In this document: in pieces, positions 41,105 to 57,242 of the stretch | Layout of the letters: the number at the start of each line of letters is the position of its first letter | How positions within the stretch are numbered: the first letter of the stretch is position 1 | Origin: the human T2T-CHM13v2.0 reference genome, Homo sapiens | Direction: 5' to 3' (one strand) | Assembly: GCF_009914755.1 (NCBI RefSeq) | Contig: NC_060943.1 | Length of the DNA stretch: 64,000 bases | Notes under the pieces: generated by a model | Databases searched by the model: none | What the model was told of the DNA's origin: nothing | The model's input: the letters and a program-made list of their open reading frames with translations, nothing else | Position numbers and translations under genes: made by a program

Positions 41105-43240
41105 ATTTTTTCTTTTCTTTAACTTTTATTTTAGGTTCAGGCGTACATGTGCAGGTTTGTTACACAGGTAAATGGCACATTGCAGGAGTTTGGTGTACAG
41201 ATTATTTGATCACTAAGGTAATACACATAGTACCCAGTTGGTAGTTTTTGGTCCTCACCTTGCTTCCCACCCTCCACCCTCAAGTAGGCCTTGGTGTCGT
41301 TGTTCCCTTCTTTGTGTTTATATGTCCTCAATGTTTAGCTTTTATTTATAAGTGAGAACACACAGTATTTGCTTTTCTGTTCCTGTGTTAGTTTGCTTAG
41401 GATAATGGCCTCCAGTTCCATCCTTGTTGTTGCAAAGGACATGGTCTCATTCTTTTTTTATGGCTGCATAGTATTCCATGGTGTATATGTACCACATGTT
41501 CTTGATCCAGTTGATGGACATTTAGGTTGATTCCATGTATTTGCTATTGTGACTAGTGCTGCAATGAACATACATGTGCATGTGTCTCTATGGTAGAACA
41601 ATTTCTATTCCTTTGGGTATATACCCAATAATGGGATTGCTGGGTCAAATGGTAATTCTGTTTTAAGTCCTTTGAGAAATTGTCAAACTGCTTCCCACAA
41701 TGCCTGAACTAATTTACATCCCCACAAGCAGTGTATAAGCATTTCCTTTTCTCCATAACCTCTCCAGCATGTTATTACTATATATATAATTTTTACTTTT
41801 TAATCATAGTCATTCTGACTGGTGTGAGATGGTATCTCATTGTGGTTTTGATTTGCATTTCTCTAATGATTAGTGATGTTGAGCATTTTGTTGTATGCTT
41901 TTTGGATACGTGTATGTCTTCTTTTGAAAACTGTCTGTTCATATCTTTTGCCTACTTTTTTAATGAGGTTGCTTGGTTTTTCCTTGTAAATTTAAGTTTC
42001 TTATAGATTCTTGGTATTAGACCTTTGTCAGATGCATAGTTTGCAAATATTTTCTCCCATTCTGTAGGTTGTCTGTTTACTTTGTTGATGGCTTATTTTG
42101 CTGTGCAGAAGCTCTTTAGTTTAATTAGGTCTCATTTGTTGATTTTTGTTTTTGCTTTGTTACAATTGCTTTTGGCGTCTTCATCATGAAATCTTTGCCA
42201 GTCCTATTTCCAGAATGGCATATCCTAGGTTATCTTTCAGAGTTTTTATAGTTTTTGGTTTTACAGTTAAGTCCTTAATCCATCTTGGGTTAATTTTTGT
42301 GTATGGTATAAGGAAGGGGTCCAGTTTCAGTCTTCTGCATATGGCTAGCCAGTTATCTCAACACCACTTATTGAATAGAGAGTCCTTTTTCCATTGTTTG
42401 TTTTGTCAGCTTTGTCAAAGATCAGATGGTTGTAGGTGTGTGAACTTGTTTCTTGGCTCTCTATTCTGTTCCATTGGTCTATAGGTTTGTATTTGTACCA
42501 GTACCATGCTGTTTTGGTTACTGTAGCCCTGTAGTATAGTTGGGTAATGTGATGCTTCCAGCTTTGTTCTTTTTGCTTAGGATTGCCTTGGCTGCTCAGG
42601 CTATATTTTGTTTCCATATGAATTTTAAAATAGTTTTTTCTAATTCTGTGAACAATGTCATTGGTAGTTTGATAGGAATAGCATTGAATTTGTAAATTGC
42701 TTTGAGCAGTATGGCCATTTTAACAATATTGATTCTTCATATTCATGAACATGGCATGTTTTTCCATTTGCTTGTGTCATTTCTGATTTCTTTGAGCAGT
42801 GTTTTGTAACTCTAGTTGTAGAGGTCTTTCACCTCCTTGCTTAACAGTATTCTTAGTTATTGGGCCAGGCGCGGTGGCTCATGCCTGTAATCCCAGCACT
42901 TTGGGAGGCCGAGGCAGGCGGATCATGAGGTCAGGAAATCGAGACTATGCTGGCTAACACGGTGAAACCCTGTCTCTACTAAAAATACAAAAAATTAGCT
43001 GGGTGTGGTGGCGAGCGCCTATAGTCCCAGCTACTCGGGAGGCTGAGGCAGGAGAATGGTGTGAACCTGGGAGGCGGAGCTTGCAGTAAACCTAGATCGC
43101 ACCACTACGCTCCAGCCTGGGTGACAGAGCGAGACTCTGTCTCAAAAACAAAAACAAAAAAACAGCATTCTTAGTTATTTTATTCTTTTGTGGCTATTGT
43201 GAATGGGGTTGCATTCTTGATCTGGCTCTCAGCTTGGACA
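41105..43240 (-). mobile_element. Older L1PA/L1PB 3' fragment interrupted by an Alu (42863-43160)
   Basis: L1 3' UTR and ORF2 remnants ([11 protein letters not shown]). Alu flanked by TSD AACAG(T/C)ATTCTTAGTTATT. Confidence 0.88.
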
Positions 43241-44439
43241 TAATTTTTTCTTAATTAGAAATGACCCAGATGTTTAATGAGTATCTATTATTTAATTTAA
43301 CATAACTTTAAGATTTTGAATTACACAAAAAGTTTTTAATAAGCATTTATCTCATTTATGCTTACCCAATTTATTTATTTTTAATAGGTTGACTAGACTA
43401 TTTATGAAAACTTAGATATTAGACAAAGTTAGTCATTATCAAAAGTTATGTATGGTTATGTTAAACATTTTTATAGCCTGTGATTATCAGGTGTTCACCC
43501 GAGTGAGAAACTTAAATTAAAATATGGGTATTTTGTCAACAACTCAGAAGATTTAGCTGTTTTTATTAAGCTAACAATATTAAATGTCTTATTTATTAAA
43601 ATTGCACAAACAAAGATCATTTGGTTTTGACGAGATTTATAGTCTTATAACCTTTGTGTCAAACCCAGGCACCTTAAAATATCTAGTGGAGAGAAATACA
43701 AAACTTTCTGACCAGTAAACTCAGACAAAAATGTACGTTGACAATTTTAAAGACATTTAAATGTTTATCTTATCAATAATTTGAACATCAACTTATTTAT
43801 TAAAGACTTCTTTAAGTCATATAAACTTGGAACATACTTGGGTTTAGTAATTTATGAGCACTCATCTATTTATAAGTCAGTTTTGTAGCATATAGATACA
43901 ACATATAACAATATATGTACATATATTTAAACACATCTAAACAAACATATACACACACATAAAGACTTTATAGTATTTATTTTAGAATTTTAGTCATGAG
44001 AGAGTAGCATAAACTTACTAGTTTATAAAAGACAGTTGGATCCATATTACAGCTGACAAAATTGGAACTTGTTTACATGGCTTAAACTTTGTCTCAACAG
44101 ATAACTTAATGAAGACTGTGGATCAAAATTTTGGGTAAAGCAATTCTTATGGCAGTTTGATTTTAAAAACATCTTCTGCCCCTTTTTTCTTTAGTTCTAA
44201 ATGATCTTAGGGTTAACATTTTAATGTTTATATTTTAGTTAGAACTGTCTGAATTGTTAAAAACACACACACACACAAAATCTCTAAGTAATTTTGCATT
44301 AGCAATACCATAAACAGTGAGCTTTATCTCAATACCAGTAGAAAAGTTAGCAGATTTAAAGTGGGCAGAAAAAAAACAGAGAACTTAGAAGGCTCTGTGT
44401 GCTAACTCTAAAGTTATAAGTTGACCATCTGAGCTCTGA

Positions 44440-44745
<306 letters not shown>

Positions 44746-45371
44746 TGAATTGTTTTAGTGTAATCTGTCCATCAATTTAAAATGTACAGAAGAACCAGCC
44801 ATGATACATAGCCAGCTGTAGTCTCAAAAAAACCTGGCATATATTAATGTTTGAGAATTTTATTTTGTTTCTTAATCTCCCAGTTTAGAAAAAAATTTTT
44901 GGATCTGCATTTTTTAATCTTAAGTTTCATTTTCTTTTTGTAGTTGTTCCATTTGCTCTTTTCGTTTTACATTTATATATATTTTCCCCTTTTGAGGGAA
45001 GGAAATGTGTGCATTGTGAACTCCTAAAAATCTCTGCCTAAGAGATATATGGGAGCTGAGTGAACAAGGAAAAAGGGATGAACTCATATTGTTTCCGGAA
45101 CCAAACTGGGTCTGGCTGCGTTTTCTTGAGGCCCGATAAGGAGAAGCAGACAAACTAGGAAAGAAAGGAATTTATTACTGTAACCAGACACAGGGAGAAG
45201 GCCAGAGATAATTCAAACAGACCAACTCAAAGAGTTACAATTTTCTTAGTGCTTACATAGGTTGGGGTTATGTGCCTATGTGCCGTATATCATTCGCCTT
45301 AAGTCTACTGGTAACTAATTTTGTTTCAACTAGAAGGTCAGAGGCAAAAAATGCTGTCTAAGTCTGATTAA

Positions 45372-45620
<249 letters not shown>

Positions 45621-46721
45621 TAGTAGAGATGGGGGTTTCACCATGTTGGCCAGGCTGGTTTTAAACTCCTGACCTCCGGTGATCTGCCTGCCTCAGCCTC
45701 CCAAAATGCTGGGATTACAGGTGTGAGTCATCGCGCCTGGCCTGGAGTGATTATTTCTATCTTATCTCCTTTACAGCTTGACCCAGAGAGCTGCCTTAGA
45801 CTCTCCAATGAATCTATTCAAACAGCTGCCTCTGTTACCTTGACTTGTCTCAGATTCTGTTACCCGAGATGGGTCCTGGCACTAGGAATGTAAGACTGTC
45901 TCTATTATTTTGACTTGTTCCAGGTTAGGGAGAAGCCTGTGCAAGGCTCCTACTGACCATATGTTTCATTTCTAGCTTTTATGTCTGGGCACCTATTTCC
46001 CTAGTTTGGACTATTTGCTCAATTTTTAAGGCAGCTCTGTGGAAATCTGTTTGTGTAACACAAGTGCTATGCAGGCCTGTCTGTGTGACTGTCATGTAGG
46101 CCTGATTGTGTGGTTGTCAGGGAGAACTCTACTGCCACAATAGCACACGGGGTAAGAGGAGGGGAAACAGTTGGAGGTTTAGAAGCTTCTAAGTCCCACT
46201 GAAAGTCTCTCATTTAATTTTTCCGGTTCTAAGACTAGCAACTTTTTTTTTTCTTTCCTGAGGGGTGTCTCGCTCTATCGCCCAGGCTGGAGTGCAGTGG
46301 CGCTACCTCGGCTTACTGCAAGCTCCGCCTCCTGGGTTCAGGTTTACGCCATTCTCCTGCCTCAGCCTCCGGAGCAGCTGGGACTACAGGCACCTGCCAC
46401 CACGCGCGGCTAATTTTTTTTTGTATTTTTAGTAGAGACAGGGTTTCACAGTGTTAGCCAGGTTGGTCTCGATCTCCTGACCTCATAATCCGCCCGCCTC
46501 GGCCTCCCAAAGTGCTGGGATTACAGGTGTGAGCCACCGCACCCAGCCAAGACTAGCATCTTTTTTAATTGCCCACACAAATAAATCACTTAAGGCATTT
46601 CAAAAAGATCTCCATTTCAGCTATTGTTGCTTATAACCATCGTGGGTTAGGCAGGACCACTTACCTCAGCACTTGTAAATATGAAGACTTTTAAAAATAA
46701 CTTTTCATGGCTGGGTGCAGT

Positions 46722-48305
46722 TGTGTCTGGAATTGGTGGGTTCTTGGTCTCACTGACTTCAAGAATGAAGCCGCTGACCCTCGTGGTGAGTGCTACAGCT
46801 CTTAAGGGGGCGCGTCTGGAGTTTGTCCCTTCTGATGTTCAGCTGTGTTTGGAGTTTCTTCCTTCTGGTGGGTTCGTGGTCTCGCTGGCTCAGGAGTGAA
46901 GCTGCAGACCTTCGCAGTGAGTGTTACAGCTCTTAAGGCAGTGCGTCTGGAGTTGTTCCTTCCTCCCAGTGGGCTCGTGGTCTCGCTGGCTTCAGGAGTG
47001 AAGCTGCAGACCTTTGCGGTGAGTGTCACAGCTCATAAAAGCAGTGTGGACCCAAAGAGCCAGCAGTAGCAAGATTTATTGCAAAGAGCAAAAGAACAAA
47101 GCTTCCACAGTGTGGAAGGGGACCTGAGTGGGTTGCCACTGCTGGCTCCTGCAGCCTGCTTTTATTCTCTTATCTGGCCCCACCCACATCCTGCTGATTG
47201 GTAGAGCCCAGTGGTCTGTTTTGACAGGGCGCTGATTGGTGTGTTTACAATCCCTGAGATAGATACAAAGTTCTCCACGTCCCCATCAGATTAGTTAGAT
47301 ACAGAGTAAGGACACAAAGGTTCTCCAAGGCCCCACCAGAGCAGCTAGATACAAAGTGTCCATGGTGCATTCACAAACCCTGAGCTAGACACAGGGTGCT
47401 GACTGGTGTGTTTACAAACCTTGAGCTAGATACAGAGTGCCGATTGGTGTATTTACAATCCCTGAGCTAGACATAAAGGTTCCCCACAGCCCCACCAGAG
47501 CAGCTAGATACAGAGTGTCGATTGGTGGATTCACAAACCCTGAGCTAGACACAGGGTGCTGATTGGTGTTTACAAACCTTGAGCTAGATACAGAGTGCCG
47601 ATTGGTGTATTTACAATCCCTGAGCTAGACATAAAGGTTCTCCAAGGCCCCACCAGCCTCAGAAGCCCAGCTGGCTTCACCCAGTGGATCCCGCACCAGG
47701 GCTGCAGGTGGAGCTGCCTGCCAGTCCCGCGCCATGTGCTCGCACTCCTCAGCCCTTGGGTGGTCATGGGACTGGGCGCCCTGGAGCAGGGGGCGGCGCT
47801 CGTCGGGGAGGCTCGGGCTGCACAGGAACCCACGGAGACGGGGGAAGGCTCAGGCATGGCGTGCTGCAGTCCCGAGGCCTGCCCCGCGGGAAGGCAGCTA
47901 AGGCCTGGTGAGAAATTGAGCGCAGAACCGGTGGGCTGGCACTACTGGGGGACCTAGTACACCCTACGCAGCTGCTGGCCCGGGTGCTAAGTCCCTCATT
48001 GCCCGGGGCCAGCAGGGCCGGCTGGCTGCTCCCAGTGCGGGGCCCGCCAAGCCCACGCCCACCCGGAACTCCAGCTGGCCTGCAAGCGCCCCGCGCAGCC
48101 CCGGTTCCTGCTCGCGCCTCTCTCTCCACACCTCCCTGCAAGCTGAGGGAGTGGGCTCCGGCCTTGGCCAGCCCAGAAAGGGGCTCCCACAGTGCAGCGG
48201 TGGGCTGAAGGGCTCCTCAAGTGCCGCCAAAGTGGGAGCCCAGGCAGAGGAGGCGCCGAGAGCGAGTGAGGGCTGTTGGGACTGCCAGCACGCTGTCACC
48301 TCTCG
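46722..48305 (-). mobile_element. LTR12C (ERV9) solo LTR inserted into the 5' end of an Alu
   Basis: Reverse complement begins (C)GAGAGGTGACAGCGTGCTGGCAGTCC and ends CCAATTCCAGACACA; tandem CCAAT repeats ~47190-47610; 4-bp TSD CAGT (46718-46721, 48306-48309). Alu reads GGCTGGGTGCAGT[LTR]CAGTGGCTCA. Confidence 0.92.
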
Positions 48306-48452
48306 CAGTGGCTCATGTCTGTAATCCCAGCACTTTGGGAAGCCGAGGGAGGCGGATCACCTGAGGTCAGGAGTTCGTGAGCAGCCTGGCCAACATGGTG
48401 AAACCCTGTCTCTACTAAAAATACAAACAACAACAACAACAACAAAAAACTA

Positions 48453-48605
<153 letters not shown>

Positions 48606-49494
48606 TCAAAACAAACAAACAAACAAACAACTTTCTCCATAACTTTTATGTATAAACACTGGCTGATGTACAGTCAGTCTTAACAGGACCCATTTCCCAT
48701 CCTGGTTGTTTTGAGTGAGACAAGCTATGTTGTGGAGCAAGAGTGCCCTAATGTGATCAAAAAATGATAAAACGAAGGAAAGTTTGTCTCTCCCCAACCC
48801 CCTAGAGAAACCATTCACAAAGATCCTATTTTACCCTGCCCTAGAATTCAACAAAAACCCTTACCTTAAATTTGTAGCAGTAGCTCTTATTCTGAGAACA
48901 TCACTGCACCTCCTAGCCAAGGGGGAAAGCAGCTTCAATAAGGCAGAACTTTGCCTAAAACAGGAAGTTCGTTGATTTCAGGAGAAACTTATCTGTTGCA
49001 TCCAGCAGGGGCATCCCAGTTGGGGGAACACGATGGATTCCGTGCATGAAGGTTGAAACCTGCTCAGGAAGGTCCAGGGTGACCAGGGAGGCCACTCTGA
49101 AACACTGATGACTACATCATTTTGTGGAGTGAAATTAAAGCTGCCGAGGCAGAAATACTTTGATAAGGGTTTATTTGAAGCCAAAGGTGAGGATCAACCC
49201 AGAAAGATGCACCAACACATTTGGATGTGTGCCAGAATCTTTTACAATTTGGAATGTTTTTATAAGAAAGTTTAGGAGAAGAGAAGGGAACTTCTTATAT
49301 CAGAATTGTCTGTTTTTATTGGAGGGTATAATACAGAGGTCATAATGATTAGATACAGGTTATAACATACAGGCTAAAACATTTTGTATGTAAAACCATC
49401 AGTGAAACTTTATAAGAGAGGGCACAGTGGCTTATGCCTGTAATCCCAGCACTTTGGGAGGTTGAGACGGGCAGATCCCTTGAGGAGAAGCTCA

Positions 49495-49749
<255 letters not shown>

Positions 49750-50610
49750 TTATAAATATAAAGCAAAACTTCATGGTTTAGAAACAAAGGATTGTGCTTT
49801 TCCATATCAGTGGAAAATCAGAACATCAACAGTTGGAAGAACTCATAAGATCTGAGTAATTAAAGATAAGATTTGAGGAACTCACAAGATTCTTTACTCA
49901 GGAACAGGATGTAACCCATGCATCAAGAGATCTTTTCCGGGGGCTAATTGGGACTAATGTGACTGGTAGGTTATCAGCAGAGACCACGTCTGTCTTGTTC
50001 AACCTGTGTCCCAGGTCCTAGCACCATGCCTGCTACCATTTAAGTGTTCATGTGAAGTTTGTTGTTGAGAAACTAATTACCTAAAAGTTAGAACTTGACC
50101 TTTGCATTTTATCGAGGAGGCTATGAGACTCAGAGGGTTACACAGCTAGTGAGTGGCAGAGCCTGGACTTGAACTCAGTTGTGCTGAAGCCAGAATGTGT
50201 TCCTTCCTGAGCATTCAAGGACAGGGAAGGTGAAACTCCAGCTAGCGGGCAGCCCGTGTGCTTGTTCTAGGGAGACTGCAGGCCGATTCCTGGGAGCTGG
50301 GTCTTCATGGTGACACAGTAAGAACAACTCACCTATTGGCTGGGCGCAGTGGCTCACGCCTGTAATCCCAGCACTTTGGGAGGCCGAGGTGGTTGGATCA
50401 CTTGAGGTCAGGAGTTGGAGACCAGCCTGGCCAATATGGTGAAACCCTGTCTCTACTAAAAATACAAAAATTAGCTGGGTGTGGTGGCTCATGCCTGTAA
50501 TCTCAGCTGCTCGGGAGGCTGAGGTAGGATAATCGCTTGAACCTGGTGGGGCGGAGGTTTCAGTGAGCCGAGATTGGCACCATTGCCCTCCAGCCTGGGT
50601 GACAAAGTGA

Positions 50611-51696
<1,086 letters not shown>

Positions 51697-53289
51697 AAAA
51701 AAAATTGTTTTAATTATTACATTTATAGCATCCCAGCTTGAAAAACGAAGCAACAGAGACGTGTAGAAAGTTAAAAGGTTTCTACTCCAATTGTAATTTC
51801 TCCAATTCCATTGTGGTATGTGCATTCTTCTGGATTTTTTTCAGTGTGCATACACATGTGTACATACAGACACACACACATATACTCGTACGTTTTTTAT
51901 ATTGATGGGACCATTACTCACATCTTTAATTTGGAACTTATTCTCTGCTCTCTCTCCCTGTGTCTGATAGAATGCTGGCAATGCTTTGTGATGCTTTAGG
52001 AGACACATTTGTCAGATGTGAAGACTTAGGCTTAAGAATTGATGGGTGGTGACTGAGGCTGGTCACTCTGTGGTCTGGTGCACTTTCCCACTGCCCCACT
52101 CTGGGTAGGGGTGGAAGGGCCCCTGCAGAGAAGCACCAGCTTCTGTTTTCCCATGAGTGACTCCCCTCCCTCCAATACTCACTAGGGGACTTTCCATAAG
52201 CCAGGCTGTGTGATTTGGCCCCTGAGATATTCCTGGTTGGATGAGAAATCTTGGGGAGACTCCAGCCTTCTCAGGCACAAAACTCCCAGAGTAGAGAGCT
52301 CCCTCTGGACTATCTCTCCTGCCCTTGGCCTCAATTTCCTGTTCTGCTACCTGGTCCAGGAATCAGGACCTCAGTGATGAAACTTGGCTTCTCCCAGGCT
52401 GCAGAGTCCTGCTGGGGTGTGAGTCCTTGCTCATGGCTCATGAAAGTTCAACATATGCTTATGGCTTCAATATTGGGCCAGATTTCGCTTCCCACCTTGG
52501 CCTTCCCAAGGATGAATTGTGTGGTCCCATGTGTTGGTGATCTCAGCATGAACTGCGAAGGAAGAAGAACTCATGTGCATTTTTGCGCAGCCTGGGTGCC
52601 GCATCCCATGGCTGCCCTTGGAGGGTCTCCCTCTTCATTCATGTCTCTGCTAAAAGGTCACCTCCTCCTGGAAGCCCTCCCTGATTCTCTGATTTATTGG
52701 ATTGTCTGATTTATTGGATCATTGCCTGTCTCTTTACGTGATGTGATACCTTTGACAGCTGAGCACTCACTGTTGCATCCCCAGTGCCTGGCACATAGTA
52801 GGTGCTCAAGAAACATATAGTTGCATGAACAGCCCTGAGAGGCATAGATTTTTCTTTTTATTTTATAACTGAAAGAAGCCCTGAGAATCAGAAAGGTTAA
52901 GGGGTTAACTCCCAGCATCCCTGCAAAGCCTGGAGCCAGGAATCTTAAAACAAGTCTACTTAAACTTGAAGGATTGTATAGGGATTTCCTGGGGTTCTAT
53001 TAAGATGCAATCCTGAGTTAGTATTTCTGGATTGGGGCATGGGATTCTGCATTTCCTGCCAGCTCTCAGGTAATGCTCATGGCGCAGGTCCCTGGACCAC
53101 ACTTTGAGTAACTGAGCCTTACAGTTAAAGTGCATGTTGCCAGCTCCTTCCCTTCACCTCCTCTTTTTGAGGCTCTTTCCTCTGAAGACTCCTCCTCTGT
53201 CCCCCTCTAAAGCCCCTCATTCCACATCCCATCTCCCAAATGCAAAATCTGAGCTCACAGCAATTTGGGAGGCCGAGGTGCGCAGATCA

Positions 53290-53676
<387 letters not shown>

Positions 53677-54239
53677 TCACAGGCCCCCTCTGTCCTCCTA
53701 TGCTGAGCCCAGCATCCAGGTTGCTTTCCCAGCTGGTCTCGTTATCTCCAGAATCTGACCCTGGGTAATCCCCAGTGGTGCTGCATTCTTTGTTCCTGCT
53801 CCTGTCAGTCAGGTCTCAGCCTAGGTCCTGGGCTGCTGGGAGGCAGGACTTGAATTCCTGCCAGGCTGGCAGTGGAGGGCAACAGGCTTCTGTCTCTGAA
53901 TCTCCTAAATCTGCACTGAGAAATGGTGCACAGCATTCTCCTGGCCCACATTTGGAGGGGAACTTGGGGGATGTTTTGGGAGAAGGCTTGGCCTCACCCA
54001 GCTCACCTGGCATCTGAACACTTCATTCCTTTACCTACCTTCCCCTGGTCTTGGAAAGGCAGGGTGGCTGCACATTTTGGGGCTCAGATCACCATTGGCT
54101 GCCCTCCAACTTACCCTCTGCCTTACATGAGAGGTACCAAGGACTGAGTGGCCATGCTCGGTCACCCTGAATTGGTTCTTCTACAGTTATGGTCCCCACC
54201 AGTCCCCGGGTTTTGGTTGGCTGCCCTGGCACAAAGGAG

Positions 54240-54386
54240 GCATCCAGGCTGTGAGGATTGGCTAGTCCAGCCCAGCCCAGCCCCGCCCAGCCTCCTGAAG
54301 TGTTTCCTAGATCTGGGGCCAGGAGCAAAAACCTCCTGGCAAAGGAGGAGAGGAGGTTGTGCGGGACAACCTTCTCCTGACAGAAG
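54240..54386 (+). promoter_or_regulatory. CYP4F8: CYP4F8 proximal promoter and non-coding exon 1 (donor after 54386)
   Basis: Inverted CCAAT 54257-54261, GC box CCCCGCCC 54281-54288, no TATA. Exon end CTCCTGACAGAAG|GT would join G-ATG of exon 2, as in CYP4F mRNAs. TSS cannot be determined. Confidence 0.7.
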
Positions 54387-54722
54387 GTGCCAGGCTGGGG
54401 GTGGCAGGGCTGGATAGGGAGGGGCACTGCCCAAGACTGGGGTGGCTCCAGGGAGCTGGCCCTGGTGATGGGTGCTTGCAGGTAACCAGAGGTCAAGTTG
54501 GCTGGTGGTTCTAGATGAGGCTGTCTGGTTTCTGGTCTCTAGTTTCCTTGATCTCTAATTTTGTGTCACTTCTCCTCTCCCCTCTCCCTTGGCCTCTTCC
54601 CCTGAGATTCCCTGAATCTCCCTCCATGCTCTTAACCATGTTTACCCATCATTGTTCCTGGAGCTCCCCAGCCCCTTTCCTAGGCCTCAGGACCTCACCC
54701 TCCATCCCGTCTGCCCTGCAGG

Positions 54723-54920
54723 ATGTCGCTGCTGAGCCTGTCTTGGCTGGGCCTCAGGCCGGTGGCAGCATCCCCGTGGCTTCTCCTGCTGGTGGTCGGG
54801 GCCTCCTGGCTCCTGGCCCGCATCCTGGCCTGGACCTATGCCTTCTATCACAACGGCCGCCGCCTCCGGTGTTTCCCGCAGCCCCGGAAACAGAACTGGT
54901 TCTTGGGTCACCTGGGCCTG
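54723..54920 (+). CDS. CYP4F8: CYP4F8 exon 2 (first coding exon; membrane anchor)
   Basis: [66 protein letters not shown]; CAG|G-ATG and GTGAGT donor. Confidence 0.97.
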
Positions 54921-55016
54921 GTGAGTGGCAGGAGGATGGATCTAGTGTCTCAGGGTGGAAGGGTGGAAATGGGGCTCAGGCTGAGGGGGTGGGCTCGGGT
55001 CTGGGACGGCAGAGAA

Positions 55017-55594
55017 ACTCACTCATTCCTCTGATCACTCACTCATTCCTCTGATCACTCACTCATTCCTCTTCCCACTCATTCCTCTCCTCACTCACTC
55101 ATTCCTCTCCTCACTCACTCATTCTCCTCACTCACTCATTCCTCTCCTCACTCACTCATTCCTCTGCCCACTCACTCATTCCTCTCCTCACTCACTCATT
55201 CCTCTCCTCACTCACTCATTCCTCTCCTCACTCACTCATTCCTCTCCTCACTCACTCATTCTCACTCACTCATTCCTCTCCTCACTCACTCATTCCTCTG
55301 CCCACTCACTCATTCCTCTCCTCACTCACTCATTCCTCTCCTCATTCACTCATTCTCCTCACTCACTCATTCCTCTCCTTACTCACTCATTCCTCTCCTC
55401 ACTCACTCATTCTCCTCACTCACTCATTCCTCTTCCCACTCACTCATTCCTCTCCTCACTCACTCATTCCTCTCCTCACTCACTCATTCCTCTCCTCACC
55501 CACTCATTCCTCTCCTCGCTCACTCATTCCTCTCCTCGCTCACTCATTCCTCTCCTCGCTCACTCATTCCTCTCCTCGCTCACTCATTCCTCTG
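55017..55594 (+). repeat. ~20-bp minisatellite (CACTCACTCATTCCTCTCCT), ~29 units, in CYP4F8 intron 2
   Basis: Directly visible, with some shorter variant units. Confidence 0.95.
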
Positions 55595-56697
55595 CTTTGC
55601 CATGCCAAGCCTTTCTCATCTCCTTGTCTAGGGGAAGTCACCCCTAGACTGTTTTGAATTCTTTTCCTGACTGTTTTCAGTACACTAGTGAACCTCTGAT
55701 GGGTTCCTGTGGCAGAGTGGGGGTTACGCAGCAGGTATTCACCAGTATTTCCACATTATCCACTGCTGTACTGGAGGCCTCTTGGGCTCACTCTCTAGAA
55801 CCCACTTTCTGCCTGGCCCATTTGCTTGTGTCCATCCATCTCTGGGCTGGAGTTTTCCCATAGGAAGTAGCTATACACCCCCTACCCTCACATCGTGACA
55901 CAGCTGGGCCAGAAGAGAGATGTGTGCCATCTCCACCCTCCCCCGTGCAGGGGCATCTTCTTTATCCCCACTAAGCTGTCCCAATGAGTTGTGTTGCCCA
56001 ACCTGGATAAAAATTGGCCAGTGACTTCCTCTTTAAAGTTACCTTTGACCCTTCAGACCCTGCCCTTTCACTTAGACCTGCTGTCCCCTTTGGGCGATTT
56101 GGCATCAGTCTGTTCTTTGGCAAATGGCAGGAATGATGGGTGTGTCCACAGGTGCAGGGTGAGGGAACACAGGACGGACTAGCTCTGAGCTTGATGTGCA
56201 AAAGTGCTCCCTGGTGAAAGCCGCTGTTCTTCCTGACAGACAGTTAGAGCCACCTCTTCTCCCCTGGGGGCTGCTGAGAAAGGAAGTTCCACCGTGTACA
56301 GACCTTCTCCATGGGAGGGCCTGGGGCCCCTGAGGCCCAGCCAGGACATAAAAGGATGTGGGGACCAGCCCTGGGGACATGTCCTGAGGCCACATTGCTG
56401 CCCACACACCACACTTGTGGAGCCCACCCCACGTGACTGTCTGTGGGCTGGAGCCACTCCCAGGATGAGAAAATCCATCCTCTTTATTCAAGGTGGGCTT
56501 CTCCATGAACAGACAGTTTGTCTTCCCCCTGTTCCCTGGGATGTAGCCTTGGAACTTAGATACTGCCCCCAAGAGAAGGGAGCAGGAGGGAGTGGAGATT
56601 ACCCCTATGTGCGCAGAATCTGGACATGCTGTTCATTGCAGAGGCTGTGCCACCTCTAAAGCCTGCAGTGGGACCTGCTGTGGCTCCTCCTGGGAAA

Positions 56698-56746
56698 TGT
56701 ATTTATTTCTCCAGAGTAATAGAATTAATAGGATATCAATATCTAC

Positions 56747-56777
<31 letters not shown>

Positions 56778-57213
56778 AGTCCGTCTGTCTGTCTATGATC
56801 TATCTAATCTATGGAGAGACAGAAGAGGGCATTTATTATAGGAATTGACTCATGTTTATGGAAGCTGAAAAGTCCCACTCTATGCCTTCTGCAAGCTGGA
56901 GAATCAGGGACACTGGTGGTGCAATTCCGTCTGGGTCCAAAGCCCTGGGAACCTGGAGTTCTAATGTTCAAGGGCAGGAGAAGATGGGTGTCTCAGCTGC
57001 AGAGGAGAAAACAAATTCACCCTTCCTCCACTTTTACATTCTACGTGGACCCTCAACAGATTGGATGATGCCCACACAGACTGGGAAGGGGAGATCCTCC
57101 TTCCTCAGTTTTCCTTCAAATGCTAATCTCTCCTGAAACACTCTCACAGACATACCCAGAAATAATGTTTGACTGGATATCTGGGCATCCCTTAACCCAG
57201 TCAAGTGGACACA
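56698..57213 (-). mobile_element. MLT2 (ERVL) LTR ending ~30 nt before CYP4F8 exon 3
   Basis: ATTTATTATAGGAATTGACTCA...CAAGGGCAGGAGAAGATGG...CCCAGTCAAGTGGACACA, with internal (TCTA)n. Confidence 0.8.
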
Positions 57214-57242
57214 GGAGGTGATGGCCCTTGCCTTGCTTGCAG

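Noticed and set aside
47570-48299. Overlapping GC-rich ORFs and apparent CpG-island gene
   Set aside because: Entirely within LTR12C.
55017-55594. CRISPR-like array (also considered for 29271-29470 and the LTR12 internal repeats)
   Set aside because: Head-to-tail repeats without unique spacers, in eukaryotic DNA with no cas genes.
57188-57200. CCCTTAAC as a U12-type or LTR-donated branch point for CYP4F8 exon 3
   Set aside because: The intron has a U2 donor (GTGAGT), and several AGs lie between this motif and the acceptor at 57242.
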